The notes under the pieces are model-generated. The model searched no databases. It worked only from the letters and a program-made list of their open reading frames with translations, and was not told the DNA's origin. Made by a program: the position numbers and the translations under genes. 64,000 nucleotides of DNA from the NCBI GenBank assembly GCA_963783655.1, contig CAWAOA010000011.1, forward strand, positions 490,659 to 554,658, given 5' to 3'. This DNA is from an uncultured Chloroflexia bacterium. GTDB lineage: Bacteria; Chloroflexota; Anaerolineae; CG2-30-64-16. The first letter of the stretch is position 1. Each line of letters begins with the position of its first letter. This document shows, one piece after another, positions 52,897 through 64,000 of this stretch.

Positions 52897-54465
52897 CTAC
52901 CTCGCCATCTCCGTGTGCCGCGTTTCGCGCAGCACGGTGACTTTGATTTCGCCGGGATAGGTGAGCTGCTCCTCGAAGGCCTTGGCGATGTCGCGGCAGA
53001 TCTTGGCCGCGGATTCGTCGGTGGTGTCCTTGCGAGCTGACCATGCACGCGCAGTTCGCGGCCGGCCTGAATGGCGAAGGCCTGCTCGACGCCGTGGAAG
53101 CTCGCTGGCGATCGATTCGAGTTCCTCCATCCGCTTGATGTAGCGTTCGAGCGTCTCGCGCCGCGCGCCGGGCCGCGAGGCGCTGCAGGCGTCGGCCGCG
53201 GCGACGAGCACCGTGTAGGGATTGTCGACGTTGCATGTCGTCGTGGTGGCCCGGCGGCGGCGTGGACGACTTCGGCGGCTCGCCGTAGCGCTTCAGCAGG
53301 TCGGCGCCGATCTTGGGATGGCCGCCCTCGGCCTCGTGGTCGGCCGCCTTGCCGATGTCGTGCAGCAGGCCGCAGCGCCGGGCGAGCGTGCCGTCCAGGC
53401 CGATCTCTCGGCGATCATGCCGGCGAGGAACGCGACCTCGATCGAGTGCCGCAGCACGTTCTGGCTGTAGCTGGTGCGGAACTGCAGCCGGCCCAGCAGG
53501 TTGACGATCCGCTCGTGCAGGCCGTGGACGTCGGCCTCCTGGCCGGCCTGCTTCGCCGATCTTCTGGATGTGCCGTTCCATTTCCTTCTGCGTCTCGGCG
53601 ACGATCTCCTCGATCCGCGAGGGGTGAATGCGGCCGTCGGCGATCAGCTTGTTCAGCGAGAGCCGGGCGACCTCGCGGCGGATCATGTCGAAGCCGCTGA
53701 CGATGACCACGCCCGGCGTGTCGTCGATGATCACGTCGACGCCGGTCGCCTTTTCGAAGGCGCGGATGTTGCGGCCTTCGCGGCCGATGATCCGCCCCTT
53801 CATCTCGTCGCTGGGGATGTCGACCGTGCTGGTGGTCGTTTCGGCGGTGTGCGCGGCGGCGTAGCGCTGCATCGCGGTCAGCAGCACCTCGCGCGATTTC
53901 TCCTCGCAGGTCTCGGCGATGCTGCTTCTCGTGCTTGAGGATGACCGCGCCGGTCTCCTGCGGGAGTTCGGTTTCGAGGTCCTTCCAGCAGCCGCGCGGT
54001 GGCCTCTTCGCGGCTCAGGCCGCTCAGCTCGTGCAGCGTCTGCCGCTGCAGGTCGAGCAGCTTGGCGAGCTCTTCCTTGCGGCGGTTGGTGTCCTGGATC
54101 CGCTCGGTCAGCTTGCGCTGCGTGCCCTCGACGATCTTCTCCTGCTTCTGGAGCTGCTCGGCCTGCTTCTCCAGGGCGTCCTGGCGCTTGTCGAGGATGC
54201 GTTCGCGCTCGTGCAGTTCCTCGCGGAGCTTGCGGAGCTCCTTCTCGCCCTCGGCCTTCTGCTGGATGGCCAGCTCCTTGATCTCCAGTTCGGCCTCGCG
54301 GCGGCGGCTGCTTGGCCTCCTGCTCGGCGCTGCTCGATGATCTGTCGGGCCTCGGACTCGGCGTCCTTGCGCCGAAGATGATCCAACGCACTTGATGACG
54401 ACGAAAGTCAGCACGGCCGCCAGCGCGGCCGCGATGAGAATCGCATGACGGTATGTACGCAGCAC
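52897..54465 (-). CDS. rny: Ribonuclease Y, at least 8 frame changes
   Basis: N-terminal TM ([17 protein letters not shown]), coiled coil, KH domain ([36 protein letters not shown]), HD domain ([12 protein letters not shown]) and C-terminus [20 protein letters not shown] are spread over all three frames. Confidence 0.8.
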
Positions 54466-55328
54466 GGCTCTGGCCCTCGCTCATATCGGTCCGGGCAAGC
54501 GCCTTGCCGAAGCGATGCCGCCAGCGCCGGCAAACGCCGGGCGTCGGGCGGACGCAAGAAAGCAAACCGGCCGCGGGCCAGTGCAATCCCCATCGGGACT
54601 AGCCGAAGCGGACGCGATCGGCATCGCAAGCGCGAGGCAACAGTGGAGTCCCCGGCACGCCGCTGGCCGACCGAACGTCGACCGCTCCTGCGCCGGCCGG
54701 GCAAGCGCCGCCGGCGCAAGAACGGACCGTCGTCCGGGAGGACCACAAAACCTTTCCAACACAAGGCCGACATCCATCCAACCAACGTTCGAGCCGGTCC
54801 GGCGACGACGAGTCGCCCGATGCGCGCCGCTGCGCGCCACGCGATCGCCGAACCGGCGACAGCCGCTGCCGTCCGCGACGGCCGCGGCCTCGACAACCGG
54901 CCCTCGCGAGCCCCAGCATGCATCGAATCATCGTCAACAGCCAAGACATCAGCTTGTCGGTTCCAAACGTTGGATGGTAATTTCTGCCAAGTCTGTCGCT
55001 ACTAGATCCAATCCAGTCGCGCTTTTCAGCGTCGACTGACCCTCGGCCGTCGCCCCTCGGGCTCCACCGAAGACACTCACCATTTTGTTTCGTACAATGT
55101 CCTCCTACGTCAGGCGACATTGTTCGTCTTCTCGCCCCCCCGAGGACCGCCAATCGTGGCGGGCAACGGGGAATTCAGAGAAACTACTGCAATCGTACCA
55201 GAGATTCGGCAAACTGCAACAGGGAATCGGCCGCTTCGGTGGGAGATAACTTCACTTGCCGGTTCAAGTTAGGGCGATTAGGCTAAGCGTAGCGGGAGAG
55301 AGCCGGCGCCCAAACGTCCATCGTAGCA

Positions 55329-56361
55329 ATGGCCCCACGCCCATCCCTTCGAAACAGCCTTGGCCCGATCGTGGCCCCCTCGGACTGGACAGGACGTCAC
55401 CGTTCTGCTGGCCGTTTCGGGCGGCGCGGACAGCGTGGCGATGCTCAGGGCGATGCAATCACTGGCCACCGGGGGGCGCAAGCAACTCCTGGCCGCCCAT
55501 TTCAACCATGAACTTCGAGGCCCGCGAATCCGACGCCGACGAGGCGTTCGTCGTCGAGTTGTGCCGCCAATTGGGGGTGCACTGTGCGGTCGGGAAGGCC
55601 GTCGGGCAACCTGGCCCGGCCGTGCGGCGGCGTGGGGCTCGAAGCGGTCGCCCGCCGGGCCCGGTACGCCTTCCTCGAACAAACCGCCGCGCGGCTCGGC
55701 GCCCGATACGTCGTCACCGCCCACACCGCCGACGATCAGGTCGAGACGATCCTGCACCGGATCCTTCGCGGCACGGGCATCGCCGGCCTGTCGGGCATGG
55801 CCCGGGCGCGGCCGCTGGGCGAGGCCGCCACGCTGATCCGGCCGCTGCTTGGACGTTCGCCGCGCCGAGGTGATCGCCTACCTGGCCGACCTGGATCAGC
55901 CGTATCGGCACCGACGCGACCAACGAGGACACGCGACTGACCCGGAACCGCATCCGCCACGAGTTGCTGCCGATGCTGGCCGACCGCTTCAATCCCCGGG
56001 TGGCCGACGCCCTGCTGCGGCTGGGCTCCCTGGCCGGCGAGGCCACCACGCTGGTCGACGCGACTCGTCGACGACTTGGCCGCGCGGTGCGTCCGACGGC
56101 GAGCCCCGGCAGGGTGTCGGATCGACCTCGCGCCGCTGGCGGGCCAACCGCGATACGTCGTCCGCGAGCTGCTCGTCGCCGCGTGGCGGGCGCAGTCCTG
56201 GCCGATGCGGTCGATGGGCTATCGCCGAGTGGGACGCCCTGGCCGCCATGGCCCTCGGCTCCGGCCCCAAGAAGAGAACCTATCCCGGCAACGTCTCCGC
56301 CACCGTCGATGCCGACACCCTGGTGCTGTGCCGCGAATGCGCGCCAATCCCTAACCCCTAA
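55329..56361 (+). CDS. tilS: tRNA(Ile)-lysidine synthetase, several frame changes
   Basis: PP-loop VTVLLAVSGGADSVAML, TAHTADDQVETILHRILRGTG and TNEDTRLTRNRIRHELLPML are found in different frames. The start is uncertain. Confidence 0.7.
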
Positions 56362-56371
56362 CCCCCAATTC

Positions 56372-57744
56372 CTAACCTCTAACCACCACCTCGACGCCGA
56401 GAATCGCACACAGGTCGCGCATCGCCTCGACGTGGTCGCCATAGGACAGGATGTAGTGCTGGCCGAGGACGTTCTGGATGAACGGCTCGACGTCGCCGTC
56501 GAAGTTCGACTCGAGGCTGGGCAATTGCGGCGCGGGCGGGGCCCAGCCGGCCTCTTCCCACGGCCGCGGCGCGACGGCCTCGCCGGTGGCCACGTGCAGC
56601 GCGTAGCGGTCGCCCGTCGAGCGCCAGCCGCGCCAGCGTCACCCGGCCCGTCTTCACCCTCGAGACGTTCAATAGCCCCTCGCCGAACTCGCCGAACGCC
56701 GTCGGGCATGACCGTCACCGGGCCGTCGACGATCTTCGCTGGGCACGTAGTCGGGCACGCCCATCAAGCCCCCGTCTCGGTGAACTCGTAGAACTCCATG
56801 TACGCGCCGACCTGGCCGGTCAGGTACGCGCGTGATCAACTGCGTGACCGCGCCGAGCGTGTCGTTCTCGGGGATCGTGCGAGACGTCGGCCTCCTCGTG
56901 CAAGAGCATGAAGACCCCGGCCGGGGCGAAACCCATCAGCTTCTTCACGCCGTCGACGTCGATCAGCGAGATCGCCTCGTAGCCCCGCTCGGCCACCTTC
57001 CGCCGCAGCGGCCAGAAACAGCCGCACGGTGCTCTCGATCGTGCCGGCGGCGGGCGGCTTGACGAACGTCCAGCGCCGCCGCACGCTCTCGGACAGCCGG
57101 GCGACTTCCTCGGGGTCGAGCTGCTCGATCGCCTGGGCCATCTCGAGCATCTCGAAGAACTCGACCTCGGGCCCGATCCGCCCGCGGAGCGAAACGCCGT
57201 CGTAGCAGCGTGCCGTAGAGCCGCATGTCGCGGTAGCCCATCTGGCCGATCCGCGCCCCGACGCAGCAGCGCCGCCGCCCGAGCCGCCCGGGCGTAGCTC
57301 ATGATCCGGTCGATGGGCGCGGGCCCGCCGAGCCGGTTGACGACGTACTTGAACGTGTAGCCCAGGTCCCGCATCGGCTTGCGCAGGGCCGTCGTGCCCG
57401 CCTGATCGGCCGTGGTGACGAACCGCCCGCCCTCGCTCCAGCCCGTCAGCCCCCAGAGCAGCATGGGCTTGTGCCGGAAGCGATCGGCGACGTCGATCAC
57501 GGCGTGCGAAGGGATCCACCCGGCGACGCACAGGATCAGCAAATCGAAATCCGCCGCGGCCAACTCCGCCGTGGCCCGGGCGACGTCCTTGCCCTGCCGG
57601 ATCGTCGCTGACCGGCTCGGTCCAGACCAGTTCGACCCCCTCGGCCTCGAGCAGCCGCCGCGCCTCGTCGCACTTCCGCCGGATGATCTCCCGCGGCGTG
57701 TTGACCTCGCCGAACCCAACAAAACCCGCTCGAATGTTCCGCAT
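56372..57744 (-). CDS. L-fucose/L-arabinose isomerase-family protein, at least 6 frame changes
   Basis: MRNIRAGFVGFGEVNTPREII..., LLILCVAGWIPSHAVIDV..., KPMLLWGLTGW..., GYEAISLIDVDGVKKLMGFAP... and the C-terminus HYILSYGDHVEAMRDLCAILGVEVV are reconstructed across frames. Confidence 0.5.
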
Positions 57745-57785
57745 GTCGGTTGTCTCACGTGTGGATGGGGCTTACAGTTCTCCAT

Positions 57786-57852
57786 CCCCTCTGGAGGAGG
57801 GTCTGGGTGAGGGGGTTTGCCGTCCCTCTCCACTTGGGAGAGGTCGGGCGGG
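57786..57852. repeat. Pair of REP-like GC-rich hairpins
   Basis: cccctctggaggagggtctgggtgaggg and ccctctccacttgggagaggtcgggcggg, of the ccctctcc...ggagaggg(n)ggtgaggg type. They lie ~650 nt from a RAYT gene. Confidence 0.6.
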
Positions 57853-58103
57853 ACCCTGAGACACTCCAGAATGCGAAGCCTCGCGCCGCTCGTCAAGGAC
57901 AATATGTTGCAAAGCCCTTACACCATCTGGTACGCCGTGCGAGTCCGCCGTCGCGTCGGCAGACCGTCCCCGGTGTGGGGAAAAGCACTTGCATCGCAAA
58001 GGGGGAGCCTGCTACACTAGGAAGTTGTCGACACAACTCTATTGTGGGGTTCTCGCGGGCAAGGAGAGGATCATGGCGTGTGCGGCCATATTTTCTGGCA
58101 CCG

Positions 58104-58490
58104 CTAATTCCTTTCGGGATTCAGGGTTGTCCAGTAAGTTTGCCACATGCGGCTGTCGTCCAGACTCGCGAGGGCCATCATCGCTTCGGCGTTGTCTCCA
58201 TCCCAGCGGCGGCCACGGCCTTTGACCCGCTGCGTGGTGGTCTTGCACTCGCTTTCGGTGGGCCCACTGCCAATCTGCCAGCCGCGACGGCGGAACTCCG
58301 GGTAGCGGATCATCGGCCGGCACTCCGCCACATAGTGCATCAGGCGGTTCGCTTCTTTCCGTTTGATCGGCGACCGGAGGGGAGAACGCCAGGCGACCAG
58401 TTGGTCCCAAGCGGAATCGTACCCCACGTGCCGAAACGTGTGCATCACCTCCTCCAGCCAGGCCTTGCCCTGACGTCGAAACGGGGACGC
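58104..58490 (-). mobile_element. IS transposase C-terminal fragment (ISKra4-like, tentative)
   Basis: ...RLMHYVAECRPMIRYPEFRRRGWQIGSGPTESECKTTTQRVKGRGRRWDGDNAEAMMALASLDDSRMWQTYW. The N-terminal catalytic part is absent, and the fragment abuts the RAYT gene. Confidence 0.4.
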
Positions 58491-58492
58491 AG

Positions 58493-59215
58493 CTAGTTTT
58501 TGGCATGCCGGCGCTCGGCGATGGCTCTTGGGCGGCCTTCGGAGCGCAAGCGTGTGCAACAGCCCCAGGCGTTTGGCTTGTCTGGCTTGCCACGGCTCGT
58601 CGCCGTACGGCCGGTTCCTGTGCAATGCACGTCTGAATTCGCTCGACCTCCTTCTCCGTCATCGGCTCGTTGACCAGACGCCAGCCAACCGGACGGACGC
58701 TCCACCGGCCAGTCGCTCAAGATCGCTTTAGCCGCTCGCCGCCGTGACGCCGCGCCCACAGACTGCCCCAGCGCCAGTCCTCCGCGCGATCGACGACCCC
58801 GGCGGTCAGCGCGTTCCGCTCGACGTAGCGGCACGCCGTCAGGAAGTGCTCGTCCTCCTGGATCGGAAAACTCTTGAAGCGGCCCTGATACAGGTGCCCT
58901 CGCCCGACGGTCCCGTGCGCCACGTGCCACCGCATGGCGTGCGTGTGGGCCAGCCATCGCATGAAAGCCGTCACTTCGCCTTCTTCTCGCGGCCAGAGCA
59001 CGAAGTGCCAGTGATTGCGCATCAGGCACCAGGCGACAATCCGCGTCGGGTGCCGCTCGTGCGCCTCGATCATGATCCGCTCGAACGCCTCGTAGTCGCG
59101 CCTCCTTGCGAAACAGCGGCAGCCCGGCCACCGACCGATTCAGGACGTGGTACACCAGTCCGCCGGGCGTCACTCTTGCTCGTCTTGGCATGGCAGAAGT
59201 CTGTCGTTTTGGCAT
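58493..59215 (-). mobile_element. REP-associated tyrosine transposase (RAYT, IS200/Y1 HUH family), frameshifted
   Basis: GGLVYHVLNRSVAGLPLF, HUH motif CLMRNHWHFVLWP, GHLYQGRFKSFPIQ and catalytic-Tyr region ACRYVERNAL. The C-terminal ...RPYGDEPW...RSEGRPR extension is in other frames. Confidence 0.7.
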
Positions 59216-59242
59216 CGAGAAGTACTACCCAGTTTGTCAATA

Positions 59243-60535
59243 CTAGCTGCGTCCCCGTTTACTCGGCTCGATCTGCTCCTTGCCCACCCACGGCCGCAGC
59301 GCCTCGGGCACGACGACCGAGCCGTCGGCTTGCTGGTAGTTCTCCAGGATGGCGATCAGCGCCCGGCTGATGGCGATGGCCGTGCCGTTGAGCGTGTGGA
59401 CGAAGTGGGTGCCCTTCTCGCCTTTGATCTTGTAGCGGACGTCGAGCCGCCGGGCTTGATAGTCGGTGCAGTTCGACGTGCTGGTCACTTCGCCGTACTC
59501 GCCCGCGGCCGGGCATCCAGGCTTCGAGGTCGTACTTGCGATAGGCCGGGCCGCCGAGGTCGCCGGTGGCCGTGTCGACCACGCGGTACGGAATGCCCAG
59601 GCCGTCGAAGAGCCGGCACTCCATCTCGCGGAGGTGTTCGAGCATCGCGTCGCTCTGCTCCGGCAGCGTGAAGGCGAACATCTCGACCTTGGTGAACTGG
59701 TGGACGCGGTAGAGCCCGCGCGAGGCCCGGCCCGCCGCGCCGGCCTCGGTGCGGAAACAGTGGCTCAGGCCGCAGAGCTTGATCGGCAGCTCGTCGGCGT
59801 CGACGGTCTCGTCCGGCCAGCAGGCCGCCCAGCGTGATCTCGGCCGTGGCGACCAGGCTCAGGTCGGTGTTCTCGATGCTGTAGATCTGCGTCTCCGGCC
59901 CGCGGGGAATGTAGCCGATGCCTTGCAGGACTTCGTTTCGGGCCAGGTCGGGCGTGGTCATCGGCGTGAAGCCCTCGGCCACCAGCGCGTGGACCGCGTA
60001 TTGCTGCAGGGCCAACTCCAGCAGCACCGCCTCGTTCTTGAGGAAGTAGAACCCGTGGCCGGCGACCCGGGCGCCGGCCTCGAAGTCGATCAGATCGAGC
60101 TTCTCGGCCAGTTGGACGTGGTCCAGCGGCTTGAAGTCGAACTTGGGCAGCGGGCGTCGGCCCTTGGCCAGTTCGAGATTCGCCTTGTCGTCCACGCCGA
60201 TCGGGGCGTCGGGGTGCGAGAGGTTCGGGATCCCGCTTTGCAGCGCGGCGAGCGTCGCCTCAAGGTCGTCCAGCTCGGTCTTCAGCCGGCCGACCTGCTC
60301 GCGGAGCTGGCGGCCTTCTTCCTTTCGGGCGTCGCGCTCGGCGGGGTCCTTGGCCTGGCCGATCGACTTCGAGACCTGGTTGGCCAGCCGGTTGGCCTCC
60401 TCCATCGTCGGCCTGCTTGGACTTGCGCAGGGTTTCGAGTTCGACGAACCGCGCGACGTCGGCCGCGACCCCGCGATTCCGGCAGTTGCGTTGGACCAGT
60501 TCGGCGTTTTCGACAATGAATCTTCGGTCAAGCAT
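59243..60535 (-). CDS. serS: Seryl-tRNA synthetase, several frame changes
   Basis: [23 protein letters not shown]-terminus, coiled-coil arm, class II motifs, and C-terminus [16 protein letters not shown]...[34 protein letters not shown]. Confidence 0.8.
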
Positions 60536-60844
60536 GGCTAGGGGTAAGCCTTGAATGCGTGGGGGTGAAGAGGGGAGGTGGTTGGCAGAATGGCGAAAGC
60601 GGAAACGACGGTCGCCGAGTATTTGGGTAGGGTATCGCTTTGGGGCATTTTGTGCAAAGGGGTGCCCGCGGCGACACGGACGCGGGAGTCTCAACGACGA
60701 CCAAGCGAGTTGACCGATGCTTATGGCTTGTGGTGTGACGGAATACCCCCTAACAGTGTGATTATCACGGAACGGACAGCCGCTTAACTCGTTGTCCCAA
60801 CCGCCGGCTGCCGACTATAATAACGGGATTATCTTTCTCGCCCA

Positions 60845-61914
60845 ATGCGCCGGGCGCTGAACGCCGACGACGCACGACCCCTTTGTCAGGAGACCGTCCG
60901 TGTTCGATTCGTTGCCGTCGTCGGCGCCACCGGCGCCGTGGGGACCATCATTCGCGAACTGCTCGAAGACCGCAAGTTCCCGTTCACGAAGATCAAGTTC
61001 CTCGCCTCGCGGCCGTTCGGCGGGCAAGACGCTCACGTTCGCCGGGCAAGACGTACACGGTCGAGGAGCTTGACGCCCGAGGCGTTCGACGGCGTCGACC
61101 TGGCCATCGCCAGCACGCCCGACGACGTCGCCCGCGACTTCGTGCCCGAGGCCGTCCGCCGCGGCTGCGTCGTGGTCGACGAGAGCGGCTACTGGCGGAT
61201 GGACCCCAAGGTGCCGCTGGTGATTCCCGAAGTCAATCCCGAGGCGGTCGACAACCACCAGGGCATCATCGCCAGCCCCAACTGCTCGACCACGCAGATG
61301 GTCGTGGCCATGAAGCCGCTGCACGACGCCGGCCGCGATCCGCCGCGTGGTCGTCAGCACCTACCAGGCCACCAGCGGCGCGGGCCTGGCCGGCAGCCGC
61401 GACCTGGAACGGCGGCACCCGGGCGCTGCTGGCCGGCGAGGACTACCAGCTACGAGATGCTTCGCCCATCCGATCGCCTTCAACTGCATCCCGCAGATCG
61501 GCTCGCCCAAGCACCAGGGCTACACCTCCGAAGAAATGAAGATGGTCTACGAGACGCGCAAGATCCTGGGCGACGACGTCGATCCAGGTCTGCCCGACGT
61601 GCGTCCGCGTGCCGGTGAGCAACTGCCACAGCGAGAGCATCCTGGTCGAGACCGAGCGGAAGATCACGGTCGACGAGGCCCGCGAGCTGTTCGCCGCCAC
61701 GCCGGGCATCGTGGTGATGGACGATCTGGACAAGAAGGTCTATCCCATGCCGATCAACTGCGACCGGCGCGACGAGGTGTTCATCGGCCGCATCCGCGAG
61801 GACCTGTCCAGCCCCAACGGCCTGGCGTTCTGGTGCGTCAGCGACAACCTCCGCAAGGGCGCCGCCACCAACGCCGTGCAAATCGCCGAGCTGCTGGTGC
61901 AAGGGCAGCAGTGA
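60845..61914 (+). CDS. asd: Aspartate-semialdehyde dehydrogenase, several frame changes (start uncertain)
   Basis: [12 protein letters not shown], active-site [25 protein letters not shown] and C-terminus [23 protein letters not shown] are in different frames. Confidence 0.8.
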
Positions 61915-62006
61915 CGCCGTGCGAGGCGGCACCGGCCCTGACGAGCCGCGGCAGACGTCCGCAGCATGCGTTCGCCCTTGCACGGCCGTCGATCTGCATC
62001 GACGCC

Positions 62007-62784
62007 ATGCGCACCTTCAAGCTGACGCTCGCCTACGACGGCACGGCCTACGCCGGCTGGCAGGTCCAGCCGGACAAGCCGACCGTGCAGGCGACGCTCG
62101 AAGCGGCGATCGAGCAAGATCACCGGCCAGCCGATCCGCGACGCTGGCCAGCGGCCGGACCGACGCCGGCGTCCACGCCCTGGGCCAGGTCGTCGGCTTC
62201 CACACCGAGCACGCATCTGCCGCCGGACGTGCTGCAGCGGGCCCTGAACGCCGAACTTGCCGCGACGACATCGCCGTGCTCGACGTGGCCGAAGTGCCCG
62301 ACGGTTTCCACGCCGATCCGCGACGCCGTCGGCAAGCGCTATCGCTACGTGATCCACGACGGCCCGGTCCGCGACGTCTTTCGCCGCGCAGTACTGCTGG
62401 CACTATCGCCGCCGGCTCGACGCGACGGCGATGCACCGCGCCGCCCAGGCGCTGCTGGGAACGCACGACTTCAGCAGCTTCGAGACCAGCCGGCGCGCCG
62501 CGCGAGCACGAGCGTCCGCACGGTCTACGACATCTCGGTCCGTCGGCGAGGGCAGGGCAGGGCGAGGCAGCGCGATCTGATCGCCATCGAAGTCGAGGCC
62601 GACGGGTTTCTCTACAACATGGTCCGCGCGATCGTCGGCACGCTGGTCGAGGTGGGCCGCGGCGCGCGAGACGCCGCCTGGGTCGGCGAAGGTCCTGGCC
62701 GCCGCCGACCGCCGCGCCGCCGGCCCCACCGCGCCGCCGCAAGGACTGTTCCTGGTGCGCGTCGAATATCGTGACGATCGATAG
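62007..62784 (+). CDS. truA: tRNA pseudouridine(38-40) synthase, several frame changes
   Basis: [22 protein letters not shown], catalytic [30 protein letters not shown] and ...GLFLVRVEY are spread over frames. Confidence 0.78.
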
Positions 62785-62810
62785 TGACGTAACTGACTAA
62801 TCAGTCTCGC

Positions 62811-63964
62811 ATGCGGATCGCCCACGTCATCACGCGACTGATCCTCGGCGGGCCAGGAGAACACGGTGCTCTGCTGCGAGGACCTGCTGCGCGACTACGG
62901 CGACGACGTGCTGCTGATCACCGGTCCGCCGCTGGGGCCGGAAGGGAGCCTGCTGGAGCGGGCAAGGGCAGGGGGGGTGCCGCTGGAAATCATCGCCCGA
63001 ACTGCGCCGCGCCGATCCATCCGTGGCGCGATCTGGCTGAGCTACCGGCGCATCAAGCGATCCTGCGCCGCTTTCGGCCCGACGTGGTCCACACGCACAG
63101 CGCCAAGGGCGGCATCCTGGGCCGCGCGGCCGCCTGGTCGCTGGGCGTGCCGGCATCGTCCACACGGTACACGGCGCACCGTTCCATCCGTACCAGGGCA
63201 GGGGGGCGCGGCGGTTGTTTCAGGCCTGCGAACGCTGGGCCGCCGCGCGCTGCCATGCCATGGTCAGCGTGGCCGACGCCATGACCGACTGATGGTCGAC
63301 GCCGGCGTCGCCCCGCGCGAGAAGTTCACCACGATCTACAGCGGCATGGAGGTCGAGCCGTTCCTGCAATCGGCCGAGCATCGCGAGCGCGTGCGGCGCG
63401 AGCTGGGCTATCGGCCCGAGCACGTCGTGGTCGGCAAGATCGCCCGGCTGTTCCACCTCAAGGGCCACGACGACGTGATCCGGGCCGCAAGAGCGTCGTC
63501 GAGCAGAACCCGAACGTCCGATTTCTGCTGGTCGGCGACGGCATCCTGCGCCAGCGGCTCGAGCGGCAGATCGCCGACGCCGGGCTGACCGAGCACTTCC
63601 AACTCATCGGGCTGGCCGCGCGAGCGGATCCCCGAATTGCTCGCGGCGCATGGACATCGTCGTCCACGCCAGCCTGCGCGAGGGCCTCGCCCGGGTGTTG
63701 CCCCAGGCGCTGATCGCCGGCAAGCCGGTGGTGAGCTACGACGTCGACGGCGCCGCGAGAGGTCGTCATGTCCGGCGAGACCGGCTACCTGCTGCCGCCC
63801 AAGAGCGTCGAGCGAAATGGCCGACGCGATCCTCCGCCTGGCCGCCGACCCGTCGCTCCGCGAACCGCCTGGGCGCCGAAGGCCGGCGCCGCTGCATCGA
63901 CCGATTCGACCACCAGCAGATGACCCGGCCGATCCGCGAGCTGTACGTGCGTCTGCTGGGGTAG
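62811..63964 (+). CDS. Glycosyltransferase family 4 (GT-B, GT1-type C-terminal domain), several frame changes
   Basis: MRIAHVITRLILGG..., VVGKIARLFHLKGHDD, FLLVGDGILRQRLE and VHASLREGLARVLPQALIAGKPVVSYDVDGA are found in different frames. Confidence 0.65.
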
Positions 63965-64000
63965 GGCAGGGGGGCACTCCGTTTTCCGGTGACATTGCCG

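Noticed and set aside
54466-55328. The ~860-nt gene-free gap between rny and tilS as a hidden ncRNA (6S, tmRNA, RNase P or SRP) or a missed gene.
   Set aside because: I found no conserved cores of those RNAs, such as the RNase P GAGGAAAGTCC motif or the SRP GGAAGCAGCC motif. The ORFs there are Arg-rich, GC-driven noise. Given the indel load in this part, a degraded gene cannot be excluded, but none is supportable.
56343-56381. A telomere-like ccctaacccctaacccccaattcctaacctctaacc run between tilS and the isomerase gene.
   Set aside because: There are only two or three imperfect CCCTAA-like units. They lie in a convergent intergenic gap and partly inside the tilS 3' end. This is most likely chance low complexity.

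Overview
High-GC bacterial DNA that reads as two different pieces. No rRNA, tRNA or CRISPR array was recognised.

**Part 1 (1 to ~52.3 kb).** This is a mostly intact chromosomal segment. A Chloroflexi-like origin is my inference from gene content only.
- Housekeeping genes: a TPR protein, a WecA-type GT4 transferase, cyclophilins, RNase Z, an rpsB-tsf-frr-uppS-cdsA block without pyrH, glpX, rho, two LysM/M23 peptidases, a very long PBP1A and rubrerythrin.
- Further genes: a fur-feoA-feoB-feoC-like operon, a glgC/glgD pair, a three-gene ABC-2 transporter, higBA, two EamA transporters, ftsH, DedA, PrsW, a YprA/MrfA-type DUF1998 helicase and an M20 peptidase.
- The most interesting region is a ~6 kb minus-strand island (32.4-38.3 kb). 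It holds polymorphic-toxin immunity-type genes (Imm8-like, SUKH, double-CXXCG, Imm50-like and unnamed ones) separated by four decayed RHS core-tail fragments that have almost no toxin domains.
- Part 1 also carries at least four families of long palindromic, MITE-like repeats.

**Part 2 (from ~52.35 kb).** A GNAT gene and a URO-D-like gene are both cut mid-domain and abut. Every downstream gene needs several frame corrections: rny, tilS, a sugar isomerase, a REP pair, an IS fragment, a RAYT, serS, asd, truA and a GT4 transferase. I read this as a probable assembly chimera or a low-quality consensus.

**Frameshifts in Part 1.** They cluster in the conserved cores of rho, ftsH and PBP1A. This points to consensus error rather than gene decay.
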